57,441 nt of DNA from an uncultured Gammaproteobacteria bacterium (GCA_964387865.1 CAYLXC010000004.1:1-57441), one strand, 5' to 3'; positions 1 to 9,320 are shown, numbered from the stretch's first letter. A program made the numbers and translations. Notes: generated by a model from the letters alone, not told the origin.

Positions 1-321
1 GGCTTTGTTTGTGGATACCAATTTAGTTGGGGAAGGTAACTGGTATGCTGTATTAAACATGAAGGAGGTGTAAAAATATAGCAATACTAATATTACGCTT
101 AAGGCAACGGAAACCTTTATTTTCTTGGAAATTTTCTTATTTACAAATTTTTTAAATTTTTTTATGTAATATTTCAAAAACTTACTCTTTGAGGAAAGTG
201 AAATAAGCAAAAATACAGGGAGAGTTCCAACTTTAAGCAAGATAAATTGAGTCAAAAGGAGGACAACTTGTAAGGCTGAGGCTATTCTACGCTTAGGTTT
301 ATTCTTTTTTCCTCCGGGCAT
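1..321 (-). CDS. 5' part of a probable class A penicillin-binding protein (transglycosylase-type); runs off the window start
   Basis: Not in the ORF track. Open frame from ATG at 321 to base 1 (107 codons): basic N-terminus, hydrophobic segments, then LLYFYTSFMFNTAYQLPSPTKLVSTNKA, which resembles the LPxP(TK)L motif after the membrane anchor of PBP1A-type proteins. The catalytic domain is outside the window. Confidence 0.5.
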   Translation of the reverse strand, partial: MPGGKKNKPKRRIASALQVVLLLTQFILLKVGTLPVFLLISLSSKSKFLKYYIKKFKKFVNKKISKKIKVSVALSVILVLLYFYTSFMFNTAYQLPSPTKLVSTNKA

Positions 322-478
322 GTTTAAAAAACTCCGAAAGGACAGGACTTTAGATGCATTTTAAAAGATTTTTAAAAGGGCTACAAGAGGGTAGTTTAAC
401 TATTCCACGATTACTATCCCTTTTTGACTTGGCATTATATAATTATGGTCACATATGAAATTGAATTGTCAATAAGGC

Positions 479-507
479 TTGACAACTTAAATCCCATAGT
501 GTATAAT
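479..507 (+). promoter_or_regulatory. consensus sigma70 promoter (extended -10)
   Basis: TTGACA (479-484), 17 nt spacer ending in TG, TATAAT (502-507), 11 nt before ATG 519. Confidence 0.8.
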
Positions 508-518
508 AGGAGTATATT

Positions 519-1214
519 ATGAATTTTACAGGCACAGAAAGAATTTCAGTAATTCCTTATAAGGAATGGTTAGATAGAAAAGAACAAAATCCCATACTAA
601 GGGTAGCCAAATTAGCCAGAAGTATTGGTGGTGGAGTAATAAGATATCCATTTCGAACGCTACTTGCAACTACAGCGATCTTTTTTGGAATTCGTGGTAT
701 TGAACTAACCCGAAATTATATGGATTTTATGAGTCAGGATCGAGGAATCATGGGTACTTCCACTCCAGCTTCTCCTCCGAAAGAAGTAAAGACATCATTA
801 AGTGAATATGAGGAACTTGAAGATTATATATATCATGTCTTAAGGGGAAAACCCGTTGGACCTGATAGTAAAAATATTTCTTCTCTTCTTCCGGATAATC
901 GATTTGCGTATCAAATTCGTCCCTTGCCTAACCCGTTTCCGGCAGAAGTAGTTTCCCCAATAGGCGTTAGAAACAGATGGCTTCCAGTTAAGGATGAGTT
1001 AACGGAACTTCCAGAACATACTTGGAAACAAAAAGGTGAATTTATTACTGATGGTTCATTTATAGTTACTCTTACACACAATAAACCAGATGGTAAGATT
1101 TTGATTACTGAGGCTATTGCAAGACGTACTCCAAAAGGGTGGGAATTTAACGCGGATAAACATACTGATGAAAATCATATAACCGAAGTGCTAATTAAAT
1201 TCCCAAATCATTAA
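519..1214 (+). CDS. hypothetical membrane-anchored protein
   Basis: 231 aa ORF behind a consensus promoter; one hydrophobic segment (TLLATTAIFFGI); no family recognised. Confidence 0.7.
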   Translation: MNFTGTERISVIPYKEWLDRKEQNPILRVAKLARSIGGGVIRYPFRTLLATTAIFFGIRGIELTRNYMDFMSQDRGIMGTSTPASPPKEVKTSLSEYEELEDYIYHVLRGKPVGPDSKNISSLLPDNRFAYQIRPLPNPFPAEVVSPIGVRNRWLPVKDELTELPEHTWKQKGEFITDGSFIVTLTHNKPDGKILITEAIARRTPKGWEFNADKHTDENHITEVLIKFPNH

Positions 1215-2101
1215 TTAGAAAAGGCTAAAATATATAACCCTAATCCTATTAGCCCTATTCCTGCAATTTGGCTGATTAAGAAATAAGCTGAATGACCAAT
1301 TTTAAATATTTGTGGGAACTTTTTTCCTAAAATCAGGCTGAAAACTAGCAAAAATACAAACTTTACCCCTTGAAGAGAATTAACTAGTGCCGGATTTGCC
1401 AAAGATATAGAAAAAACTAAAAGCAACTCAGATATCCCGGCTGATATTTGGCCGAAAATGAATATAAATACATTTCTTTTTAAAGAAGATGATTTTGGTT
1501 TTAAGAATGGCAAGACAATTTTTCTAAAATACGGGACAAGTATAAAAATTATAAATATTGGTATTAATATTGGCCTTGACCAAACCAAAACAGTTAAAAA
1601 ATCCTCTCTTAAAAAAGCCTCGCGAAGCAGATAATAATTCAGAGCAAGAAAAAATGCTGATGAAATTTCCAGTGTAAGCTCCGATAGATTGGTTTTTCCC
1701 CTCCAGTCATTTAAAGTTAATAAAATAAGTCCCAAAATTAAAATTATGGCTGCCAAAGCTTCATTTAATGATATTGAGTTTATGCCTATCAATAGTAGAA
1801 TCAGTGCAGTAAAAGTGCCTATTGCAGGAATAACCCTTTGCAGCTGATATGATTTTAAAGCCTTAAACATCAAATATGCCCCTAAAATCCAAAGAAGAGT
1901 GGATAATGAGGCAAATGAAAAGACCTCAAGTGTAGGTACATCAACAAAAGGTAATCCAAAAAGTGCAAAAAGGCTTATAAAACTTATATAAAAAATATAA
2001 ATCAAAGGATCGGGGATTGCTTTTGCAAGCAAAAATTTATCAACAGTAACAGCAATGCTGTTTAAAAAATATGAAAATATTGCAAAGGATAGGTATGTCA
2101 T
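1211..2101 (-). CDS. EamA/DMT-family membrane transporter
   Basis: About 10 hydrophobic helices; N-terminal AVTVDKFLL and C-terminal SLANPALVNSLQGVKFVFLL are typical of CPR EamA-like proteins. Confidence 0.75.
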   Translation of the reverse strand: MTYLSFAIFSYFLNSIAVTVDKFLLAKAIPDPLIYIFYISFISLFALFGLPFVDVPTLEVFSFASLSTLLWILGAYLMFKALKSYQLQRVIPAIGTFTALILLLIGINSISLNEALAAIILILGLILLTLNDWRGKTNLSELTLEISSAFFLALNYYLLREAFLREDFLTVLVWSRPILIPIFIIFILVPYFRKIVLPFLKPKSSSLKRNVFIFIFGQISAGISELLLVFSISLANPALVNSLQGVKFVFLLVFSLILGKKFPQIFKIGHSAYFLISQIAGIGLIGLGLYILAFSN

Positions 2102-3396
2102 TTCATTTCTTTTTGTCTTTTTTCCAAAACTTCCGAAGCCTGGACTGTATGGCCCAAAAATCTAAGCAGGGAGTGTGGAATCCCGTTATTTTGAATAATA
2201 TCTGTATACACCAAAGCTGAAGGTCTGATATGCCTCTCCTGGGTTTCATAATCAACCTCCACAAGTCCAAATCTTGGATCAAAGCCTCTGTGCCACTCAA
2301 AATTATCAATCAAAGACCAATAAAAAAATCCTCTCACATTAACACCAACCCTTATTGCCCTTGCAACTTCCTGAAGATAGGTTATTAAAAATCTGTTTCT
2401 TCTATCATCATTTGTTGAAGCAATTCCACACTCAGTTATATAAATAGGTATATCATCTGATAAATCTGTTAATACATCATAAATACCCTCAGGATAAATC
2501 TCCCAGCCCAAATCTGAAACATCATGTGCCTGATGCAAATCTAACTTGGAGGTGACAAGTTCCTGATTTTTAAATCTTAAATGGAAATAGTAGTTTATTC
2601 CCAAAAAATCATGAGTACCTTTTGTCAAGAAGTAGAATAAATGATTCATAAGCATATCATTTACAGAAACAGTTAATTGTTCCCTAATGGAGTGTCTGTG
2701 ATAAGGTTCAAAGGATAAAATATTATTTGCAATCCCAACAGGTTTACCTCCCGGGAAAGCAGCATGTAAATATTTATAAATTTTTTTATGGGCGGATACT
2801 AAATTTAGATATGTTTTAACTTGGCTTGAAAAGCTTTTTTTGGAATTGGGCCATTCCCTTGCTATGTATGTTTCATATATGTAAACTCCCGGCTCATTTA
2901 AAGTTATCCAAAGATCAACCATTTCTCCAATTTCCGGCACTATTCTTTTAACAAATCTTTCAAAAAAATATGGAGTTTTTCCATTTTCCCATCCACCTTT
3001 GTCTGCAACCCACTTAGGCAGAGTAAAATGCCAAAGGGTGAGCATGACTGTGATATTAAGTGACTTAAGATACTTAAGTACTTTAATGTAATGCTGGATT
3101 TCTGCCGCATTAAACTTACCTTCCTCAGGCTCAATTCTTGACCATTCAATTGATAACCTGTGGGCATTATGATTAAGCTGTTTTATGAGATCAAAATCCT
3201 GTTCATACCTGTTATATTGGTCACAGGCTAACCCTGAGCGATAATCTGGTGGTTGGGTCTGTTCCCAATCCCACCAGTCATTGTAAATATTATTTCCTTC
3301 AACCTGATGGGCAGAAGTGGCTGATCCCCATAGAAAACCTTGGGGGAAATTTAAAGTTCCATGGTCATGCTTTTCCTTGGGAATCTTTTGAGGCAT
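2098..3396 (-). CDS. glycoside hydrolase family 1 (beta-glucosidase)
   Basis: FPQGFLWGSATSAHQVEG, RLSIEWSRIEP, acid/base TLNEP, nucleophile YITECG, WSLIDNFEW. Confidence 0.95.
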   Translation of the reverse strand: MPQKIPKEKHDHGTLNFPQGFLWGSATSAHQVEGNNIYNDWWDWEQTQPPDYRSGLACDQYNRYEQDFDLIKQLNHNAHRLSIEWSRIEPEEGKFNAAEIQHYIKVLKYLKSLNITVMLTLWHFTLPKWVADKGGWENGKTPYFFERFVKRIVPEIGEMVDLWITLNEPGVYIYETYIAREWPNSKKSFSSQVKTYLNLVSAHKKIYKYLHAAFPGGKPVGIANNILSFEPYHRHSIREQLTVSVNDMLMNHLFYFLTKGTHDFLGINYYFHLRFKNQELVTSKLDLHQAHDVSDLGWEIYPEGIYDVLTDLSDDIPIYITECGIASTNDDRRNRFLITYLQEVARAIRVGVNVRGFFYWSLIDNFEWHRGFDPRFGLVEVDYETQERHIRPSALVYTDIIQNNGIPHSLLRFLGHTVQASEVLEKRQKEMK

Positions 3397-3449
3397 ATAA
3401 TAAATAGTAAGCTATTTTTACTTTTCGTGTAAAGTTGTATTATTAAGGT

Positions 3450-4169
3450 GTGTTAAGAATGCTGCCCTTTATTGTAATAATTATTTTAGTTTTAGGTGGT
3501 TTGGGGTATTGGAGGTTTGTTGCTTCAGCACCTAAATTAGATACTCCACAAACGTCCCAAGATGATGGCCCGATTGAGGTCCCGAAAACTTTACCTGAAG
3601 CCTCTTTGGAGGACAGAATAAAAATTTTGGAGGATGTGGTATTAAAATTGGTTAAACAAGTTAATTCCTCAAAATCTACAACTACCCAAACTTCACCGGA
3701 TTCCGCTTCAGATTCTGACTCAAACACCCTGCAAGCTCAAGTAACAGAACTTAAGGCTCGAGTTTCAGCTTTGGAGAGTGGTTCTCCAGCCCCATCTGGA
3801 ATCTCTTCCAAATCCACAATTTATATTCCCTTAGGTTCTGGAGGACAAATGAGTAGCACAAGTTGGGTCACTCTTGATACTTTCCAAATAAGCTTGGATC
3901 CTTCTCAATACTCAGGATATTCAAGCATGCAACTTGAAGTAAATATGAGGCTAAACCAACCAGGTGGTACACTTTATGCCAGGTTATATAATTTGACATC
4001 TGGATCTGCAACCTCATCTGAGGTAACTTCAACTTCTACCTCTTCCACTGTTCAAACATCGTCCACTTTTACTCTGCCTTCCGGAAACAAAACTTACATA
4101 TTACAGGCAAAAACTTCAGATGGTACCTTAGGATTTTTGGATTATGCAAGAATAAAGGTGAATTTTTAA
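3450..4169 (+). CDS. hypothetical surface protein (N-terminal TM, coiled coil, Ser/Thr-rich beta domain)
   Basis: N-terminal hydrophobic helix, heptad segments (LEDRIKILEDVV; LQAQVTELKARVSALE), S/T-rich C-terminus. Confidence 0.75.
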   Translation: MLRMLPFIVIIILVLGGLGYWRFVASAPKLDTPQTSQDDGPIEVPKTLPEASLEDRIKILEDVVLKLVKQVNSSKSTTTQTSPDSASDSDSNTLQAQVTELKARVSALESGSPAPSGISSKSTIYIPLGSGGQMSSTSWVTLDTFQISLDPSQYSGYSSMQLEVNMRLNQPGGTLYARLYNLTSGSATSSEVTSTSTSSTVQTSSTFTLPSGNKTYILQAKTSDGTLGFLDYARIKVNF

Positions 4170-4271
4170 TTATTTTTCTTCTACAAAATGGAGAACAAAA
4201 ATTTCTCCCTGATAGGGAAGAGGAACCATAGTTACTTCAGTTTCTATTCTTACCATATTGGAAGTTATTAT

Positions 4272-4340
4272 CTAATCTATGGTGTATAAGATTTGGACTT
4301 TCCCGAAAAATCTCATCTTAAGAAGTTTATCATCATTAGT
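4272..4340 (-). pseudogene. 3'-terminal remnant of a PIN-domain toxin gene
   Basis: Translates TNDDKLLKMRFFGKVQILYTID*; 10 of 18 residues identical to the C-terminus of the PIN toxin at 6141-6509 (TSDARILNLRFFGKTKIL). Confidence 0.7.
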
Positions 4341-4786
4341 TACACTTTTTCATCAAGTTCGCAAACCATTTCGAGAGCAAACAATGCATGAGCGCGCAGG
4401 GATGTCATAGATCCTCTTTTGCTGATTTCAGTGGCGGCAATAGAATTTGGGTGTGTATTCTTCCAACTTTCTGATAGAGATTTAGTAACTCTATTAAGCC
4501 GGGAGTCCTCATCTATACTACACTGCTCATCTGGCCGTGCGTGAATTCGTGAAACTATTGCATGCTCAAAAGAGCCTGAAAGTGCAGACCCTCTTTCAGA
4601 TATTGGTACAAGAGTAAGTGCAAATGTTACTGCACGAATGTAAAAATGAGCATCATCTCCTCCGTCAAGTTGAGGTGACTTTTCTCGATTAAAATGAGTT
4701 AGACTTCTTAACATTAAATAAGGATCTGCCAGTAAGTAGTAGAGTCCGGGTGGTTCACCTCTGTTCAGTTTTTGTTCGTGATCCAT
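4340..4786 (-). CDS. hypothetical protein
   Basis: 148 aa ORF directly downstream of rmlD on the same strand; no family recognised. Confidence 0.6.
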   Translation of the reverse strand: MDHEQKLNRGEPPGLYYLLADPYLMLRSLTHFNREKSPQLDGGDDAHFYIRAVTFALTLVPISERGSALSGSFEHAIVSRIHARPDEQCSIDEDSRLNRVTKSLSESWKNTHPNSIAATEISKRGSMTSLRAHALFALEMVCELDEKV

Positions 4787-4800
4787 AAATAATATTTGAT

Positions 4801-5703
4801 TTATCTTTTAGCAGATCGTTGCTGAGAAACTACAATATCAAGTCCCTCATCAATATCATGCATCGGAATTTGGAATTTTTCAACTGCTCTTTTATTTGAT
4901 ATGCGTAAATGTCTATGATATGGTCTTCCGGATTCTTGCAGATACTGCGTCAAGCTTCCTTTTTGAATTAAACTTGCATCATAGCCACTGGCTCTAGCAA
5001 CTTTACAACCAAGTTCATAAGCGCTAAGCGAAGAGGAGCCAACGACATTGAGAATGCCTTGTGGTCTTTCTCTTATGATTACATCAACAGCTTCTGCGAT
5101 ATCATCAACAAACGTTGGAGTAAGGATATTATCTGAAAACTGCGGAGGGAGTGTTCTTTCTGCTATTCCGTTTTGTATTCTTCGGACAAGGTCAAATCTT
5201 TTTCGATATTCGGCCCGATATGGGGCTGCAATACGCATAATTGTATAAGAATGACACGTTTCTTCTACCAATTCTTCAGCTTGTGTTTTAGTCTTACCAT
5301 ACCACTCAATTGGATTGCGAGGAGATTCTTCCGTGTAATAATCATAACTATTACCATCATGCACGTAATCTGTGGATACATGTATAAGATGCTTCCCAAA
5401 ACGCGCACAAGCTTGTGCAACATTTTGCGTTCCGATCACGTTTACTTGGTAACAAAGTCCGTTTAAATCACTTTTTTGCTCAAAGGCTTTACCAACATCG
5501 GTAAAAGCTGCAAAATGAAGTACAATATCGCCTCTTGAACTTTCCAGAGCCTGATTCACTTGATTAGGATCAGTAATATCAGTACCAGTTGTCTGTAAAT
5601 CCAGATCTATTCCAAATTTATATCGTCCGCTTAACAATTCATATACTCGCGAGCCAACTAAACCTGCTCTTCCGGTTATAATAACTTCCTTATGCTCCAA
5701 CAT
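4801..5703 (-). CDS. rfbD: dTDP-4-dehydrorhamnose reductase family (extended SDR)
   Basis: GRAGLVG Rossmann motif, LHFAAFTDV, HVSTDYV, YGKTK (YxxxK), FSDNILTPTFVDDIA. Confidence 0.9.
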   Translation of the reverse strand: MLEHKEVIITGRAGLVGSRVYELLSGRYKFGIDLDLQTTGTDITDPNQVNQALESSRGDIVLHFAAFTDVGKAFEQKSDLNGLCYQVNVIGTQNVAQACARFGKHLIHVSTDYVHDGNSYDYYTEESPRNPIEWYGKTKTQAEELVEETCHSYTIMRIAAPYRAEYRKRFDLVRRIQNGIAERTLPPQFSDNILTPTFVDDIAEAVDVIIRERPQGILNVVGSSSLSAYELGCKVARASGYDASLIQKGSLTQYLQESGRPYHRHLRISNKRAVEKFQIPMHDIDEGLDIVVSQQRSAKR

Positions 5704-5750
5704 AAGTAGGCATTATAGGGAGATAATTTTGTGAAATCAAGTTGAGGATA

Positions 5751-5779
5751 TTGACAAGAAAATTTGGAAATGATACTTT
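5751..5779 (+). promoter_or_regulatory. sigma70-like promoter
   Basis: TTGACA, 17 nt, TACTTT; implies the true start is ATG 5793, not 5742. Confidence 0.55.
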
Positions 5780-5792
5780 AGGTATAACAAAT

Positions 5793-6152
5793 ATGAGCAG
5801 TTCCGAAATGCAGCCGGTAGCCTCCTATGATGAGCGCGTTGTTTCTTTGAGAGAGAAATTAGCAAATGTTTCTGGACAAAGTTTTCAGCTCAAAGGAACA
5901 GTTGAAAGGGTGATTTGGGGATGGCTTGGTGAAGGTCCGTTCACTGTTTCGGTACATGAAATCTCTGATATTTCGCGTATAGATATTGTTCATACGAATA
6001 GGCCAAACGTTGGGATAGGGATTAACGTAGGGATTGGTGAGATACTTGTTAATGAATGCGCTGGAACTGATAGTTATCCTGTTGACTGGCTTGGGGGGAG
6101 AAGTCTTGATTTGACCGAGAAACTTGTTGCCGCGCTGGAGCTAAAACCTTAG
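5793..6152 (+). CDS. hypothetical protein
   Basis: ORF track 5742-6152; start moved to ATG 5793 because the upstream part contains the promoter. Confidence 0.55.
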   Translation: MSSSEMQPVASYDERVVSLREKLANVSGQSFQLKGTVERVIWGWLGEGPFTVSVHEISDISRIDIVHTNRPNVGIGINVGIGEILVNECAGTDSYPVDWLGGRSLDLTEKLVAALELKP

Positions 6153-6509
6153 TAGAGATAGTATTTTGGTTTTTCCAAAAAATCTTAGATTAAGTATTCT
6201 AGCATCACTTGTTAAGAAAAAATCGCATTCAGCCTCAGCTGCAGAATGAAGTTGAATATTATCTTCTAAATCTTTCGTTGGATTAACTAAGGCTTTATCG
6301 AGAATGTATTTTGTTAAAGGCACTATGCCGAATTGCTCCTGCAGTTCATTTACGTCTTGGTCCGGGACTTTTAATTTGCGGGCATAGAACAGAATATGAG
6401 TTGAAAGAGGTGAGATAAAGAGTAAGTTCCCTCTTAGAGGTTTCCATTTCTCTTTTGCCCTTTTTGTTACATCAATATAAAAGTTTGTATCAAGAAAGAC
6501 CCTGGCCAT
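6141..6509 (-). CDS. PIN-domain (VapC-like) toxin
   Basis: VFLDTN, LEDNIQLHSA and FLTSD acidic PIN motifs; overlaps the upstream antitoxin. Confidence 0.9.
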   Translation of the reverse strand: MARVFLDTNFYIDVTKRAKEKWKPLRGNLLFISPLSTHILFYARKLKVPDQDVNELQEQFGIVPLTKYILDKALVNPTKDLEDNIQLHSAAEAECDFFLTSDARILNLRFFGKTKILSLLRF

Positions 6510-6753
6510 GTTTTTTCATCATCGCTGCTTTGTATCTTGTCTCTATTTGTCTTGGGGTGAGTTTGGGGAAGTTAAGTTTCTTGACGATTCTTGCGAATTT
6601 TTCAGGGTCAAAGGGCTTTGGGTCGTAAATTTTAGGTTTAATTTCACCAACAACCCTTGATCTATGAATTAGATCTACAGAATGTCCTTCCTGCAAAACT
6701 TTTACAAGCTCTTTTGACTTTGTTCTAAGCTCGGTAGTTGTTATGACCTGCAT
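6490..6753 (-). CDS. Phd/YefM-type antitoxin
   Basis: MQVITTTELRTKSKELVKVLQEGHSVDLIHRSRVVGEI matches the Phd N-terminal pattern; upstream of the PIN gene. Confidence 0.8.
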   Translation of the reverse strand: MQVITTTELRTKSKELVKVLQEGHSVDLIHRSRVVGEIKPKIYDPKPFDPEKFARIVKKLNFPKLTPRQIETRYKAAMMKKHGQGLS

Positions 6754-6759
6754 ATTTTA

Positions 6760-6788
6760 AATGTACACTTAAATATACATTTTGTCAA
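6760..6788 (-). promoter_or_regulatory. TA promoter with overlapping palindromic operator
   Basis: Minus-strand TTGACA (6788-6783), 17 nt, TACATT (6765-6760); inverted repeat AATGTA...TACATT at 6760-6781. Confidence 0.6.
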
Positions 6789-6891
6789 GAAAGTAAATAT
6801 AATTTTGGTAAATTTATAGTGAGCGAAATCGGAGCACTATATTGTAAGGTATTATTATTTAGTTTATGATTTGGTATATAATTATAAACTG

Positions 6892-7539
6892 ATGAGTGGA
6901 GAAATTTTGAAAGATACACAGCCAGATCCTGTTAGTCTTAATCTACAACTAAGACAACTTTATGAGCAGTTACCTCTTAATAAATTAAAGCGGGGAGAGC
7001 TTAAACCAGAAGATTTGGGATTGGCTGGCAATCTTGATATTCAACTTAATCCTAAATGGGCAGAAGCAGAAGGAATTAATGAACAGGATTTGATAGATGA
7101 TGTGGTTATAGCTTTGGCTGATAGTATAGAGAGAGATAGGCGAGCTAAATCTGAGATAAGATCAAGGTTACTGGATATTTTAGATCAGAAATTAATACCC
7201 TTTTCTAAAGCAAGTGAACCATGTAACTGGTACATAAGATATACAATTTCTGAACTAAGCGTTGATGGGGTAGATGAAAAAACTGCTGACAGATTGTGGT
7301 TTCTTGCAGAATCTGATAAGGCTGGAATATTTTCCCTTAATCCTTTAGAAGTATCTGAAATAGAAGAAAAAGGAAGTCATCGTATCAGAGAACAGATACA
7401 GTCAATAGAGGGACTTCATATTTTCAGTAAAGTTGATGATGAACTGAAAGATCTAAACATTACCTCTTTAGAATTGGCATCACAATATGATCAATGGGCG
7501 CCTGCTTATAAACAAAAATACGGAAAGTCTCTTGTATAA
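6892..7539 (+). CDS. hypothetical protein
   Basis: ORF track 6871-7539; ATG 6892 preferred because a TATAAT box lies just upstream; no family recognised. Confidence 0.65.
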   Translation: MSGEILKDTQPDPVSLNLQLRQLYEQLPLNKLKRGELKPEDLGLAGNLDIQLNPKWAEAEGINEQDLIDDVVIALADSIERDRRAKSEIRSRLLDILDQKLIPFSKASEPCNWYIRYTISELSVDGVDEKTADRLWFLAESDKAGIFSLNPLEVSEIEEKGSHRIREQIQSIEGLHIFSKVDDELKDLNITSLELASQYDQWAPAYKQKYGKSLV

Positions 7540-7564
7540 ATAACTCACAGCAGGCCTCTAGGAT
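7539..7564 (-). repeat. degenerate copy of the tRNA-Trp 3' end (att-like scar)
   Basis: AGCAGGCCT-CTAGGAT (7549-7564) vs AGCAGGCCTGCTAGGAT (8954-8970); both preceded by AATAACTC (7539-7546; 8939-8946). Confidence 0.55.
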
Positions 7565-7596
7565 CTATAACTCTTTTAAAGAGTAGACTGAGCTGA

Positions 7597-8004
7597 CTAT
7601 TTTGGACTTACAGGTCTCCTAAAACTTGCAGCATATGCTGGATCATTAATCCTTATTATGTCCCTTAACATATGTAAGGTATCCCATGCTTTCTGTCGTC
7701 TGTTTACAAAACGCACAAGTCCATATGGTGGTTCCTCTTCTTCTAGGTAATCAGCTATTGACAAAAGATTTTCACCTGTTGAAGTAAAGAAATCAGCTTC
7801 AATATGAGCTTTTGCACTCTCTCTCAAAGCTACTATATTAATCTCATGTAATATCCTTCTTGGTGTAATTAAGGCTAGGATGGTACTTGCCATCCCATCA
7901 ATATTAATCGGTAAATTAGCCATCATTCTATATGAATCCTTCAAAAGCGCCTCCGGCAGCTGCCCTAAAAGTTCTGGGGATTGATATGGCATATTATTGC
8001 TCAA
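7597..8004 (-). CDS. hypothetical protein
   Basis: 135 aa ORF, no family recognised. Confidence 0.6.
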   Translation of the reverse strand: MSNNMPYQSPELLGQLPEALLKDSYRMMANLPINIDGMASTILALITPRRILHEINIVALRESAKAHIEADFFTSTGENLLSIADYLEEEEPPYGLVRFVNRRQKAWDTLHMLRDIIRINDPAYAASFRRPVSPK

Positions 8005-8160
8005 ATAATATCAGGTTTGTAACAAGAAGTCAAACTATAAGTTATTTGCAGGGGTTAGTGAATGATTTCAGAACTTTAAATTGAGTTAAAAACGTTAAGT
8101 ACCCAGAATTAGCTTATCAAAAATCAGAGCAAATTCTCCAGCGGTAATAACCTTACATAG

Positions 8161-8189
8161 TTGACAAATCTTACAAATTGATATATCTT
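8161..8189 (+). promoter_or_regulatory. sigma70-like promoter of the second TA operon
   Basis: TTGACA (8161-8166), 17 nt, TATCTT (8184-8189), 9 nt before ATG 8199. Confidence 0.6.
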
Positions 8190-8198
8190 GAGATTAGA

Positions 8199-8507
8199 AT
8201 GAAAAGTGTAGTTTCTATAGATGAATTTAGAACTAACTTGGCTGAGTTAATTGGCAGGGTAATGTATGGCAGAGATAGGGTAGTGATTAAAAAATATAAT
8301 AGAGATGCAGCCATTCTAATGAGTGTTCAGGAATATGAAGAGCTAGTTGACCCTTCCAAAAGATTTTCTAAAAAACAATGGGAAAATAAGTTTGCCTTAA
8401 TAGATAAAATCAAGAAACGTATCTCAGATAAGGATCAAGATATCCTAGAATCTGAGATAGCTAATGCTGTCAGAGAGCTTAGAACTGTTAGAAGAAATGG
8501 GGTATGA
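8199..8507 (+). CDS. Phd/YefM-type antitoxin
   Basis: MKSVVSIDEFRTNLAELIGRVMYGRDRVVIKKYNRDAAILMSVQEYEEL is a classic Phd domain; start moved from 8178 to 8199. Confidence 0.9.
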   Translation: MKSVVSIDEFRTNLAELIGRVMYGRDRVVIKKYNRDAAILMSVQEYEELVDPSKRFSKKQWENKFALIDKIKKRISDKDQDILESEIANAVRELRTVRRNGV

Positions 8508-8935
8508 GCAAGCTCCTAGCAGTACTGGATACTAATGTTTTAATCTCTGCTGCTTTCAGAAAAAAAGATTCTATCCCCGGTCAAATATTACAAACATTAA
8601 GAGACCAAAAATTTATCCTTATTACTACTCCTGAGATATTAGCTGAGATTAAAGAAGTCCTTCACTATGAAAGAGTTTTGAAAATTACCAAAATGACTGA
8701 AGAGGAAATAAAAAGATTTATGCAGAATATTATTGACCTAGCTTTTATTGTACCAGGAAATGTAGTTGTTCAAACAGTTGAGAAAGACCCAGATGATGAT
8801 AAATTTTTAGCAGCAGCTGTAGAAGGCAGAGCTGACTATGTGGTTAGTGGAGATAAGCCATTATTGGATATAAAAGAATATCATGGAATTAGAACAGTTA
8901 CTCCTAAAGACTTCTTAGTATTGATTAGAGATTAA
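8504..8935 (+). CDS. PIN-family putative toxin
   Basis: AVLDTNVLISA, EIKEVL, KDPDDDKFLAAAVEGRADYVVSGDKPLL; 4-nt overlap with the antitoxin. Confidence 0.92.
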   Translation: MSKLLAVLDTNVLISAAFRKKDSIPGQILQTLRDQKFILITTPEILAEIKEVLHYERVLKITKMTEEEIKRFMQNIIDLAFIVPGNVVVQTVEKDPDDDKFLAAAVEGRADYVVSGDKPLLDIKEYHGIRTVTPKDFLVLIRD

Positions 8936-8955
8936 AATAATAACTCTTATTCAAG

Positions 8956-9026
8956 CAGGCCTGCTAGGATTCGAACCCAGGCTAATGCTTTTGGAGAGCA
9001 TTGTGCTACCATTACACCACAGGCCT
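8956..9026 (-). tRNA. trnW: tRNA-Trp (CCA)
   Basis: Reverse complement AGGCCTGTGGTGTAATGGTAGCACAATGCTCTCCAAAAGCATTAGCCTGGGTTCGAATCCTAGCAGGCCTG: 7-bp acceptor stem, anticodon loop CT-CCA-AA, TTCGAAT T-loop; CCA end not encoded. Confidence 0.95.
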
Positions 9027-9034
9027 AAACTCAA

Positions 9035-9280
9035 TTATTTTAGTTGAAGTCTTTTCAAAAGTCCAACATACGCGGAACCAAATTGCTTAAGTTTCCTTTC
9101 GCGTATTATAGCTGCCTCCTCATTATTATATGCCTCATAATAGATGAGCTCGGGTTCAGACATTCTCTTAGTGGTATAAACTTTTTTATTTTTGTGCTCA
9201 CTCAAACGACGTTCTAAATTGTTCGAATAGCCAAAATACAGTTTATTTTTTCTGTCCTTTAAGATATAAACAAAATACAT
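9035..9280 (-). CDS. small GIY-YIG nuclease family protein
   Basis: MYFVYIL...LYFGYSNNLERRLSEH...LIYYEAY...AIIRERKLK; start moved to ATG 9280 because the longer ORF only translates the upstream palindrome. Confidence 0.9.
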   Translation of the reverse strand: MYFVYILKDRKNKLYFGYSNNLERRLSEHKNKKVYTTKRMSEPELIYYEAYNNEEAAIIRERKLKQFGSAYVGLLKRLQLK

Positions 9281-9294
9281 ACTTGATGTTTTGG

Positions 9295-9320
9295 ATCCCG
9301 CCCTTCGCGAAGGGCGGGAT
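9295..9320. repeat. perfect 26-bp palindrome (REP-like)
   Basis: ATCCCGCCCTTCG|CGAAGGGCGGGAT, 15 nt upstream of the GIY-YIG start. Confidence 0.9.
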
